From positions 15,387 through 79,386 of the forward strand of contig JAFYLH010000001.1 of assembly GCA_017537175.1 (NCBI GenBank): a stretch of 64,000 nucleotides of DNA, read 5' to 3'. The position numbers and the translations under genes were made by a program. The notes below the pieces were generated by a model. The model did not search any database. It was not told the DNA's origin and saw nothing but the letters and a program-made list of their open reading frames with translations. Origin of the DNA: Clostridia bacterium (lineage in GTDB: Bacteria; Bacillota; Clostridia; Oscillospirales; CAG-272). Below, in pieces: positions 54,807 to 63,606 of this stretch. Numbering within the stretch: the first letter of the stretch is position 1; every line of letters starts with the position of its first letter.

Positions 54807-55877
54807 TCAGTTTTCTTGTGATTTTAGTCTCTCCGCTGCATCTGCCGTTGCAAGCGCGGTAAGCATATCCTCGATATGGCCGTTTAAGAAGTTTTCGAGT
54901 GAATAGAGGGTCAGACCTATACGGTGGTCTGTAACACGGCCCTGAGGGTAGTTATAGGTGCGGATACGCTCGCTTCGGTCGCCTGTTCCTACCTGAGCCT
55001 TGCGCTGTCCCGCGATCTTGTCGTGCTGCTCCTGTGCCTTCATATCATAGAGCTTGGAGCGAAGAATCTTCATAGCCTTGTCCTTGTTCTTGTGCTGGCT
55101 TCTTTCATCCTGGCACTCTACCACAATTCCTGTGGGAAGGTGGTATATGCGGATAGCGGACTCGGTCTTGTTGATATGCTGACCGCCTGCACCGCTGCTC
55201 TTACAGGTCTCTATCTTTAAGTCTGCCTGATTGATCTCTACCTCAACATCCTCCATTTCGGGAAGAACGGCTACGGTAACCGTGGAGGTATGGATCCTGC
55301 CCTGGCTCTCGGTCTCGGGAACTCGCTGAACACGGTGAACACCGCTTTCAAACTTAAGCTTGGAATAAGCTCCGTCACCCTCGATCATAAAGGATATCTC
55401 CTTATAACCGCCAAGCCCTGTTTCGTTGGCGTTGAGGATCTCTGTCTTGAAGCCTACTGTATCCGAATACATAGAGTACATACGGTATAATACTGCAGCA
55501 AAGAGCGCCGCCTCGTCACCGCCTGCACCGCCGCGGATCTCCACGATAACATTCTTGTCGTCATTTTCGTCACGGGGTAAAAGAAGGACCTTAAGCTCCT
55601 CCTCTATCAGAGGGAGCTTTTCTTTGTTTTCTTTATATTCTGCCTCAACCAGCTCTCTCAGATCATCATCAAGCTTTTCTGCCATCATTTCCTGTGCTTC
55701 ATCGATAGCATCCCTTGTGGCAACATATTCGCGGTATTTTTCTATAATGGGAGTAAGCTTTTTCTGCTCACGCATAAGCTCCTTATACTTGTTCTGGTCT
55801 GATACCACCTCGGGCATACTCAGCTCCTCAAGTATCTGCTCGTATCTTTTTTCTGCGGCTTCTAACTTTTGTAACAT
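54807..55877 (-). CDS. prfA: Peptide chain release factor 1
   Basis: 356 aa with the GGQ motif (SGAGGQHINKTESA) and the PxT-type RF1 region. Confidence 0.95.
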   Translation of the reverse strand: MLQKLEAAEKRYEQILEELSMPEVVSDQNKYKELMREQKKLTPIIEKYREYVATRDAIDEAQEMMAEKLDDDLRELVEAEYKENKEKLPLIEEELKVLLLPRDENDDKNVIVEIRGGAGGDEAALFAAVLYRMYSMYSDTVGFKTEILNANETGLGGYKEISFMIEGDGAYSKLKFESGVHRVQRVPETESQGRIHTSTVTVAVLPEMEDVEVEINQADLKIETCKSSGAGGQHINKTESAIRIYHLPTGIVVECQDERSQHKNKDKAMKILRSKLYDMKAQEQHDKIAGQRKAQVGTGDRSERIRTYNYPQGRVTDHRIGLTLYSLENFLNGHIEDMLTALATADAAERLKSQEN

Positions 55878-55949
55878 GTTATTTCTCCATATATTTAATC
55901 ATTATATTATATCATAAATATTTATATTTGTAAAGACGAAAGCTTCCTT

Positions 55950-55982
55950 AATTCTGCATTCTGCACTCTGCATTTTGCATTA
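55950..55982. repeat. Third copy of the TGCAGAG-type repeat, upstream of prfA
   Basis: AATTCTGCATTCTGCACTCTGCATTTTGCATTA is in direct orientation relative to, and nearly identical with, 54756-54788. Confidence 0.45.
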
Positions 55983-55983
55983 G

Positions 55984-56021
55984 ATATAAAATAAGTCCTC
56001 AAAAGAGGACTTATTTTATAT
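55984..56021 (-). terminator. Terminator of the acyltransferase-like gene
   Basis: Hairpin ATATAAAATAAGTCCTC-AAAA-GAGGACTTATTTTATAT overlapping the stop codon. Confidence 0.5.
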
Positions 56022-56958
56022 CCATAACTACCGTTTCGGGGGGATTGTCAAGCTGAAGGGGATTTTTGAGTATAGAGCGCAAAAGCTTCATACCCGATGC
56101 AAAATAGAAGCCGTCGCAGATTCGTTCGTCGGTTACAAAGGTATAGTCCACAAAGGACTGCTTTTCTACCCTGCCGTCATCAAGAACCACATTTTTACGG
56201 TACTTGGCTCCAAAGGACATAAACACGGGCAGATTGCCGAAATCATAAAGATGGTGGTATATGGGCGGAATACCAAGTGAACCCATAGAGGTTATAAAGA
56301 ATGAGCCGTGGAAGGGGCTGAGCTTAGTAAGAAATCTGGGGAGCATACCGAAATAATCAAGAAAACGCAGACCTCCAACCGCAGCCTTAAGCGCAAGACC
56401 GGGTACATAGGCAAGCAGCTTGACCGTTTCCTCAAAGTTACCGCCCGGAGCATTGCGGAAACCCTCTACCGCATCATTTATCTGATTGTAAACATCGTAT
56501 ATGGTGGCATCCGGATAAAAATACATTTTGAGTGCCGTATCCTGAGAATCAAGAGACATAGTCTTTTTGATAACAAGGGATATCTCCACATTCTTTCTGG
56601 CATAAATACGCTGTCCCTGTATAAATCGGTTAATGGCGGGACGCTGTGAAACAACACGGATATATGCCGCAATAAGAACATGCATAAGGGTAAGATTAGT
56701 AAGACCCTCTACCCTCTTCTGGCGGATATAGTCCTCCAGCCTTTCGATCCTTATGGTATCCCTGATATAGTTTGAGGAATCCTGCCTTGTACGCATAATA
56801 TAGGGAGAAACCACCGACATATAGGGTAAGCCTCTGACCTTTCGGCCATACCGTCTGATCTTATCGGGAGGGATAACATTGCCGCGACGGTCTTTCTGCT
56901 TGAAGTCGTCGGACAAGCCCTTTACTGTGTTATTCTTCTCGATAGTCTTTTTATTCAT
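56011..56958 (-). CDS. 2-oxoacid dehydrogenase acyltransferase catalytic-domain-like protein
   Basis: 315 aa. The C-terminal DERICDGFYFA resembles the DHRxxDG active-site motif of E2/CAT-fold acyltransferases. No lipoyl domain is present. Confidence 0.5.
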   Translation of the reverse strand: MNKKTIEKNNTVKGLSDDFKQKDRRGNVIPPDKIRRYGRKVRGLPYMSVVSPYIMRTRQDSSNYIRDTIRIERLEDYIRQKRVEGLTNLTLMHVLIAAYIRVVSQRPAINRFIQGQRIYARKNVEISLVIKKTMSLDSQDTALKMYFYPDATIYDVYNQINDAVEGFRNAPGGNFEETVKLLAYVPGLALKAAVGGLRFLDYFGMLPRFLTKLSPFHGSFFITSMGSLGIPPIYHHLYDFGNLPVFMSFGAKYRKNVVLDDGRVEKQSFVDYTFVTDERICDGFYFASGMKLLRSILKNPLQLDNPPETVVMDIK

Positions 56959-57070
56959 AGTATACCGTCCGTTTTTGATATATTTAGGACATTATAACAT
57001 AAATATTGGAAGAATGCAAGGGATATAATAAATTAGACTGTTTTGGTTATGTCAATATTTCGTACAATCA

Positions 57071-57145
57071 ATTATTCATTATTCATTTAAAACCGTTCTG
57101 TGAAGTTAATGAATAATGAAAAATGAATGATGAATAATGAATAAT
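57071..57145. repeat. AT-rich ATTCATT-type long hairpin
   Basis: TTATTCATTATTCATT ... AATGAATAATGAAAAATGAATGATGAATAATGAATAA forms an imperfect inverted repeat built of heptamer-like units. Confidence 0.35.
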
Positions 57146-57146
57146 A

Positions 57147-57349
57147 CAAACAAAAAACCGCTCTCTTACGAGAACGGTTTTTGTTTGGTGACCCGTGGGG
57201 GAAGAAGCTTTGCTTCGCAAATCTTCACTGCTTGCTTTGCTACTCGCAAAGCTGTGCACCGCTTGGCTATGAAACCTGCCACCGGCAGCTTTCATTTAAC
57301 GCCAATCGCCCTCTCAAGGTTCGATTCCCGCGGGTCGGACCCGCTGCCA
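57147..57349. repeat. tRNA-Glu-associated structured module, copy A
   Basis: It has its own hairpin (57147-57187). Next come 19 nt, of which the first 18 are identical to the tRNA-Glu 3' end (TGGTGACCCGTGGGGGAAG, 57186-57204). A ~135-nt segment with three hairpins follows, ending in GCCCTCTCAAGGTTCGATTCCC, a tRNA-Glu-like anticodon-loop plus T-arm in the opposite orientation. Confidence 0.55.
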
Positions 57350-57402
57350 TAATCGCATTTTGCTTTGTGCTATCAACGTTGTACGAATTGTCAGTTCAGC
57401 GA

Positions 57403-57590
57403 AAAACAAAAGAACACACCGAAGTGTGTTCTTTGTTTTGGTGACCCGTGGGGGAAGAAACTTTGCTTCGCAAATCTTCACTGCTTGCTTTGCTACTCGC
57501 AAAGCTGCGCACCGCTTGGCTATGAAACCTGCCACCGGCAGCTTTCATTTAACGCCAATCGCCCTCTCAGGGTTCGATTCCCCCAACAAA
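57403..57590. repeat. tRNA-Glu-associated structured module, copy B
   Basis: The architecture matches copy A, and I saw only a handful of differences over ~135 nt. Its hairpin (57403-57440) is identical to the true tRNA terminator. It can be closed by GGGGGAA/TTCCCCC. Confidence 0.55.
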
Positions 57591-57597
57591 GTTATGT

Positions 57598-57637
57598 ATA
57601 CAAAACAAAAGAACACACCGAAGTGTGTTCTTTGTTT
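57598..57637 (-). terminator. tRNA-Glu terminator
   Basis: In minus-sense: AAAACAAAGAACACAC-TTCG-GTGTGTTCTTTTGTTTT, immediately after the encoded CCA. Confidence 0.6.
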
Positions 57638-57712
57638 TGGTGACCCGTGGGGGAATCGAACCCCCGATTCAGCCGTGAGAGGGCTGCGTCTTAGCCGCTT
57701 GACCAACAGGCC
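57638..57712 (-). tRNA. tRNA-Glu: tRNA-Glu (anticodon CUC)
   Basis: The 75-nt hand fold is GGCCTGT/TG/GTC-AAGCGGCTAA-GAC/G/CAGCC-CTCTCAC-GGCTG/AATC/GGGGG-TTCGATT-CCCCC/ACGGGTC/A/CCA. It closely resembles Bacillus tRNA-Glu. An upstream promoter TTGACA-17-TGTTATACT is at 57732-57760. Confidence 0.9.
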
Positions 57713-57842
57713 TTGTGTCGATTGCTTGGATAGTATAACACAATGATATACAATTGTCAATAGCTTTTTTGAAAAAAATCAAATATTTTTCGGCTTTTGT
57801 TTTTTTCTTTATTTATATGACAAATATACCTTTCATGCCCTG

Positions 57843-58577
57843 TCAGTTCACAGGGCATACGGTAATCATAGCTTCACAGTTAACGGTGTCACCTACATAG
57901 CTTCTGAAATAATAAGTAAGGCTGCCATCTTCATTTGCCGCCGCATCGCTGCGGTGAACGGTAAGCTCAGCTCCCAAGGGTGCCTCTGCCCTGTAAGTAA
58001 ATGACATATCCTTGACATAGTACTTCTCTACCCCCGGGATAAAGCTGTAGAACATATCCGGATAATTAGTGTTGTTCATATGCATATTGCAGTCTACAAG
58101 GTTATATGTAACCCTGTGCTGCCCTGCCTCGCTCATACCCTCCCTTGGCATACGGAAGCGAAGTCCCTCTACCGAATGCACCGGACCTGCCTCAAGATTA
58201 GAAAGATCTGCTTCCTCTACACGGAGCAGCTTTTTTGTTTCTATATCCACCAACGCCCAGACACCCACACCTCTTGCGACCTCTTCACCGTCTATGTATA
58301 TTGCATAAGAACGGTTAAAGGCTACACCCTTGTCTGAGTCACAAGGCCAGGTGGCGACCTCTATATCCTCATACTGCTTTATGGGGCGATAGATATTCAC
58401 CGCCATACGGCTGAGAATAAACGCTTTGCCGCTCTGCCACAGCTCCTCGTATGAGGGGCCAAAGTCACGGAGCTGACGATTTGCTGTCTCCTGCATATAT
58501 CGCTGTATAGCTGTGGGACGGAGTATTCCGTTTATATCCGCATCGTGGTTAAGTGTGTTATATTTTTGTGTATACAT
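57843..58577 (-). CDS. Acyl-ACP thioesterase
   Basis: 244 aa with a double hotdog layout. The N-terminus (DADINGILRPTAIQRYMQETA) is typical of the FatA/B-like bacterial thioesterases. Confidence 0.82.
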   Translation of the reverse strand: MYTQKYNTLNHDADINGILRPTAIQRYMQETANRQLRDFGPSYEELWQSGKAFILSRMAVNIYRPIKQYEDIEVATWPCDSDKGVAFNRSYAIYIDGEEVARGVGVWALVDIETKKLLRVEEADLSNLEAGPVHSVEGLRFRMPREGMSEAGQHRVTYNLVDCNMHMNNTNYPDMFYSFIPGVEKYYVKDMSFTYRAEAPLGAELTVHRSDAAANEDGSLTYYFRSYVGDTVNCEAMITVCPVN

Positions 58578-58654
58578 AGTTTTTTCCTTTTGTTTTTTGA
58601 TATTATAACATTTAATGACAAAAAAATCAAGGAAGGCTTGATGCCTTCCTTTGA

Positions 58655-60124
58655 TTATTTTGTTATAAAAAGCGCCTCCGTCTCAACACTGAGAGATTTG
58701 AGAACCTTATCCATAAACAGGATCAGAGCTTCTCTTGTGTTCTTTTCAAGCTCTTTTGCGGCATCTTCGCTGTCTACCAGAAAATCATTGCCGTTATATT
58801 CAAATAAGGTTTCTGTATAACTGCCGTTACCCACGATACCCTCTGCAAGGATGCAGTTGTCATAGCTATAGTAATAGTCATAATTATCATCAAGACAGTA
58901 TATCTCTATAGATGCATATTCAAAATCACCGACAGTAATTGAATTGCGGTATTCGCCGTATTCAAATCTGATGATCCCGGTCTCGGACTCGTACACAACA
59001 CAATATGCATAATCCGAAGAATCGGGATAGTATCTGTAATCACCGAAGCTGTCTTCCTGACCGCCGGTAAGTACTGCGTTCTTTATTACCTCATAGGCAC
59101 CCTTGCGGTCCATAGGCTCGGTATTCTTCAAGTACTCCGAAAACTGCATAAGCAAGCGGGAGGCCTGCGCTCTGTTTGCTGTTGCGCGGGGAGCAACAGA
59201 GCTTTCGCTTACACCCGATATAAGTCCCTTGGCTACCGCCCACTGAGTTTCGGTATATGCCCAGGGAGCAATATCGCCCCTGTCCTCATACCTCGAGAGA
59301 TCGTCAAGCTCTCTCATATCGTATCCCAGATATTCTGCATATACATAGAACATCCTGATCATTTCCTGACGAGAAATGTCTCGGTTAGGTTGGAACTCGG
59401 TCTCGGTAACACCTGCTGTTATGCCTGTCTTTTTTGCCCAGATGATAGCAGGCGCACACCAACTGTTTACACCTACATCATCAAAACCGCTCTCACCCTT
59501 ATATTCGTCTGCATCCTCGCCCGAGATATTAAATAATATCTGTACCATCTGTGCACGGGTAAAGCTGCCCGCGGGAACAAACCTGCCGTTGCCTACACCC
59601 GACATAATTCCCTCCTCTACACAGTATCTTACAGAATCACCGTACCAAGCACCAAAGTTTACATCGGTAAGCTTATCTGCCGCAGAGTTGACAGGATCTG
59701 CACCTGCCGCCTTTGCAAGCTCCGCCATCTCTTCTTTTGTCAGTAAAGTAGAAATATCTGTTTCGGAGTGGAATATAAATTCGCCATCCTTATATGCAAA
59801 GAGATTGGCTATATAAGCCTCATATGCAAAAACAAAGTTATAACCCCCTATAACCTTCTCACCGATGACTGTTGAAACAAGGATGTCATCCGCAAAAAAT
59901 ACACCTATATGATATCCACCGAACTCACCGTAATAATCTACCAGACTGAGGCGGTCGGCTTCAAGGGTACGGCTGCCGAATTTATAAAGAACCATGTCGT
60001 CCATATTCTGACGCATTTCTTCAACAAGCTCCACAGGAGCATCAGGCAGTTTTGCAAAAGCACCCACGGATAAAAGCATCACCGTACATAAAACAAGCGA
60101 AATGACTCTCATGATCTTTTTCAT
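58655..60124 (-). CDS. SLH-domain cell-surface protein (paralogue 1)
   Basis: I trimmed the start to MKKIMRVISLVL, which has an AGGAGG RBS. The signal peptide is followed by three central SLH repeats (TRAQMVQILF, SRQEMIRMFY, NRAQASRLLM). The C-terminal domain ends in ALFITK. Confidence 0.8.
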   Translation of the reverse strand: MKKIMRVISLVLCTVMLLSVGAFAKLPDAPVELVEEMRQNMDDMVLYKFGSRTLEADRLSLVDYYGEFGGYHIGVFFADDILVSTVIGEKVIGGYNFVFAYEAYIANLFAYKDGEFIFHSETDISTLLTKEEMAELAKAAGADPVNSAADKLTDVNFGAWYGDSVRYCVEEGIMSGVGNGRFVPAGSFTRAQMVQILFNISGEDADEYKGESGFDDVGVNSWCAPAIIWAKKTGITAGVTETEFQPNRDISRQEMIRMFYVYAEYLGYDMRELDDLSRYEDRGDIAPWAYTETQWAVAKGLISGVSESSVAPRATANRAQASRLLMQFSEYLKNTEPMDRKGAYEVIKNAVLTGGQEDSFGDYRYYPDSSDYAYCVVYESETGIIRFEYGEYRNSITVGDFEYASIEIYCLDDNYDYYYSYDNCILAEGIVGNGSYTETLFEYNGNDFLVDSEDAAKELEKNTREALILFMDKVLKSLSVETEALFITK

Positions 60125-60230
60125 AATATAATACCTCCTTTTGATATCATTTAATCCTTTGATAATAAGTACACATTTGGGCATAGCTTTACTACAAAAT
60201 AATCAAGGAAGGCTTGATGCCTTCCTTAGA

Positions 60231-61988
60231 TTATTTTGTTATAAACAGATCGGCTCTTTCAAGACCGCATTCTGTGAGAAGGTGATCGATGAAGGTGTAC
60301 ATTGCCGATACCGCTGTGTCACGCTTTTGGGTTGCGAACTCTGTGTATTCCTCGTTATTGAGGAAGTAATGTTCATAATCATCTGTAATAACGTAATCAC
60401 CAAACTCAAATTTACTTTCATTATATCCTTCCGCTGTGAACACACCGCTTGACATTACGATCGGATCATCGTTTTCGCCCATGGGGTAATAATGGTAATT
60501 GTATTCATAGTCCGAATTGAGTCCGTATAAGGTCATATAGGAATTCTCCATACACATTGAATGAGATCCGGTGATAAAATGCTCTTTGTACTGCTCACCG
60601 CATACGTAAAGCACAATTTTATCACTTGAAGGAAAATATTCCGCCGAGCCGCGAAGATCACCTATACCGAAGGAATAAATATACGTATCAGGCCAATATC
60701 CACCTTGATATCCGTTTTCTACTATGTAATCCGCAAGCTCTCTGAAGGCACCTGTGGTTATACGCTTGTTTTCTTTGATATACTCATCGAACTTCTTAAG
60801 CATCTGAGCAGCCTGAGCGCGGGTAGCCGTGGTGCGGGGGGATATGGTTTCAACGCTCATACCTGATATAAGTCCTACCGCTATGGCCCAGGACATAGGT
60901 GTTTGTGCCCAATCGGCGATCTCTGAGGTATCGGCAAAAGCATTCCATCTGTCAGGGTTGTCTATCTCTGCACGGGGGTAGGTATAATAGCCGTCAAGAT
61001 AGCCTGCATACACGTAGAAGAAACGTGCAAGCTCCTGCCTTGTAATATTTCTGTTAGGTGCAAACTCGGTCTTTGACACACCGCTTGTGATACCGTTCTC
61101 AACAGCCCAGTTAACCGCAGGAGCATACCATGCAAGGGCATCTACGTCATCAAAGCTGCTCTTACCCATATAGTCGGACTTGCTTTCACCCGACATATTG
61201 AATAACATCTGCACCATCTGTGCACGGGTAAGATTCATATTTGGAGAAAACTTATTCTCGGCAGTTCCTGTCATAAGACCTTTAAGATAAACATATTCTA
61301 CCGAATTATAATACCAATAATTCTCTTTAACATCCTCAAAGGGTAGTTCCTTATCCGTAACACCTGTAAAACCGTTGTCTGAGACAATAAAATCGTCGTT
61401 CCAGATAACTCCGTCACCGAAGGCGGCTTTTGCTTCCTCTGTCCAGGTAAGGTCGTCCTCCATATAGAATATACGGGTAAGATACGCGGCATTATTGTTA
61501 TCCTCTCTGTAAAAGCCGCTCCAATCAACAAGGGTGGGAACATTACCCTTGAACACCATTATACCCACAGGCTCGCTCATTAAGAAAATGTCAGACAGAG
61601 TTTTCAGGCTCTTGGGAAATTCTATTCTTTCAAGAGAAAGTGTGTTTTCAAAGGCACCGAAGCCGATGCTTTCAAGAGTTTCAGGCATTTTGATACCTGC
61701 AAGCCTCTTATAATTCTGAAATGCGTAAGCTCCTATTGAGGTAACACCCTCTTCGATAATAACTGTGGTTATTTCATCTCTGTAACTAAAGAAGGGATTA
61801 GGCTTTTTGCCTTCGAGATAATTCTCCATCTCTCCCTCGCCGGAGATCGTGAGAGTCATTGTTTCTTTGTCAAGTGTCCAGGTAAGCACTCCCGACACCT
61901 TACTTTCGGTAGTTTCGGCAAATATACCAAGAGGTAAAACACCTATCAGCATTACCGTCGTAAGTATCAATGCAAATATTTTTTTCAT
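60231..61988 (-). CDS. SLH-domain cell-surface protein with BspA-type leucine-rich repeats (paralogue 2)
   Basis: It has a signal peptide, LRR_5-like repeats (VTSIGAYAFQN..., LESIGFGAFEN...) and three SLH repeats. The C-terminal domain is homologous to paralogue 1 and ends in DLFITK. Confidence 0.8.
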   Translation of the reverse strand: MKKIFALILTTVMLIGVLPLGIFAETTESKVSGVLTWTLDKETMTLTISGEGEMENYLEGKKPNPFFSYRDEITTVIIEEGVTSIGAYAFQNYKRLAGIKMPETLESIGFGAFENTLSLERIEFPKSLKTLSDIFLMSEPVGIMVFKGNVPTLVDWSGFYREDNNNAAYLTRIFYMEDDLTWTEEAKAAFGDGVIWNDDFIVSDNGFTGVTDKELPFEDVKENYWYYNSVEYVYLKGLMTGTAENKFSPNMNLTRAQMVQMLFNMSGESKSDYMGKSSFDDVDALAWYAPAVNWAVENGITSGVSKTEFAPNRNITRQELARFFYVYAGYLDGYYTYPRAEIDNPDRWNAFADTSEIADWAQTPMSWAIAVGLISGMSVETISPRTTATRAQAAQMLKKFDEYIKENKRITTGAFRELADYIVENGYQGGYWPDTYIYSFGIGDLRGSAEYFPSSDKIVLYVCGEQYKEHFITGSHSMCMENSYMTLYGLNSDYEYNYHYYPMGENDDPIVMSSGVFTAEGYNESKFEFGDYVITDDYEHYFLNNEEYTEFATQKRDTAVSAMYTFIDHLLTECGLERADLFITK

Positions 61989-62000
61989 TTTAGTTACTCC

Positions 62001-63593
62001 TCATTTCTGTTCTTCGAGCATCAATCCCATCTGCCAGAGCATAGTGGCACACTGCGCTCGCTTAAGCTCTGTATAGGGGGATATCATCAAAATGTCGTCC
62101 TTGATGCTGATTATTATATTACTTCCCACAGCCCAGGATATCTGGTCGTACGCCCAACCCGGGATGCGGTCGTAGTCAACATATTTAGTAAGATCTGCTC
62201 GTACCGTCATATCGGCACCCAGCCCCTGTGCCGCAAAATATATCAGTCTGGCAAAGGCAGCACGCTGTATCTTCTGTCCGGTGCCGAAAGTGTTTTCATT
62301 CATACCTTTAACGTATCCCGCCTTTGCTGCCCAGGTCACAGCTCCGCTGTACCAATGATTTACAGGCACGTCATCAAAGCCACTGGGAATACCGTAATAC
62401 TGTGAAAAATCCACATTCAATATATTAGCAAGGATCACTACACACTGTTCACGGGTAAGAGCAGTGTTGGGAGAAAAACGGTTGTTTCCCATACCCGACA
62501 GATATCCATGCTTGACACAGTATTCGACACCCTCTGCATACCAGGATGCTTCCCTGACGTCGGTAAAGGCGTTGACGTATTCGATCACAGGTATCGCCTT
62601 GTATCTATAGTCACCGCAAAGACGGCATACCGAGATCTGTTGTCCCTCTTTGATATAGGTCGGACGATACCGTACTACCCAATCAGACCACTTATGTCCC
62701 CTGCCCTTACATATATCGGATATGATCAGCCTGATGCCGAGATTATCGGGATTTGATACTCCGTTATTCCAGGAGGTGCTGATATTATAACCATCGTCAG
62801 TATAATATCGGTTATACAGTTTTCCTTGCATATTTTCACTACAGATCCACATATCGGTATAGCATGCTCCCGCTCTGATAAGAGTACCGTCGGATACGAT
62901 TTCCTCGGGAATATTGATCTCAGTTCCTGCACAGTACTGCATATCCTCACGGATGAGACTCCAGGGCAACCATGCTTCAAATCGCCATCCGTCATCGGTA
63001 GCCGCTCCCTTGAGCTTCACCTTATCAGTAATATCATAATCACCTTGACTACTGTAAAGACTGAACATTCTCAAGCTACCGTCACGATATATATAGATAT
63101 TATATTGGGGACATCTGCGATAAGAGGAATGAGGCATACCGTATTCCCGTAATACATCCATAACGTCTATTCCCAGTGAAAAGCAATCTCCGTCCTCAAG
63201 GTAACCGTCCACTTCGTGATAGGTTGAATATACCAGGCCTGCCGCCATCTTTTTATCCGTCCATTCGGGTATTACGGTTCCGGGAGAGTAAGCTCTGATG
63301 TTTTCGGTAATATCCGCGGCAAAGTAGAAGCCCTCGCGGTCTACAGCAAAATACACCTCAGCGAAGATATCCAGAGGAAGCTTCTTGTTTTCGTATAATA
63401 AGGTATCCTCATTCATATATGCAGGCTCGGACCAACCCTCGGTCTTGGTTATATTACCGTCTACCGTAGGGCTGTCCACCGAAAGTATGATACGGTCATT
63501 GGGCTGAACGTAATCCTGTGCGGCATTTATGCAAAAAGACAGCATACATATCGTAAAAAGCACTGACAGAATCACAAATATGCATTTTTTCAT
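62001..63593 (-). CDS. SLH-domain cell-surface protein (paralogue 3)
   Basis: I trimmed the start to MKKCIFVILSVL, which has an AGGAGG RBS. The signal peptide is followed by an N-terminal domain of unknown fold, a CRLCG Cys pair and C-terminal SLH repeats (TREQCVVILA, QRAAFARLIY, KRAQCATMLW). Confidence 0.75.
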   Translation of the reverse strand: MKKCIFVILSVLFTICMLSFCINAAQDYVQPNDRIILSVDSPTVDGNITKTEGWSEPAYMNEDTLLYENKKLPLDIFAEVYFAVDREGFYFAADITENIRAYSPGTVIPEWTDKKMAAGLVYSTYHEVDGYLEDGDCFSLGIDVMDVLREYGMPHSSYRRCPQYNIYIYRDGSLRMFSLYSSQGDYDITDKVKLKGAATDDGWRFEAWLPWSLIREDMQYCAGTEINIPEEIVSDGTLIRAGACYTDMWICSENMQGKLYNRYYTDDGYNISTSWNNGVSNPDNLGIRLIISDICKGRGHKWSDWVVRYRPTYIKEGQQISVCRLCGDYRYKAIPVIEYVNAFTDVREASWYAEGVEYCVKHGYLSGMGNNRFSPNTALTREQCVVILANILNVDFSQYYGIPSGFDDVPVNHWYSGAVTWAAKAGYVKGMNENTFGTGQKIQRAAFARLIYFAAQGLGADMTVRADLTKYVDYDRIPGWAYDQISWAVGSNIIISIKDDILMISPYTELKRAQCATMLWQMGLMLEEQK

Positions 63594-63606
63594 CACAAAT
63601 ACCTCC

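Noticed and set aside
57083-57760. Overlapping 70-128-aa ORFs on both strands across the tRNA-Glu region.
   Set aside because: They span a tRNA gene, its terminators and duplicated non-coding modules. The repeated peptide (VTRGGR.FASQIFTACFATRKA.HRLAMKPATGSFHLTPIALS) simply reflects the DNA duplication, and there are no RBSs.
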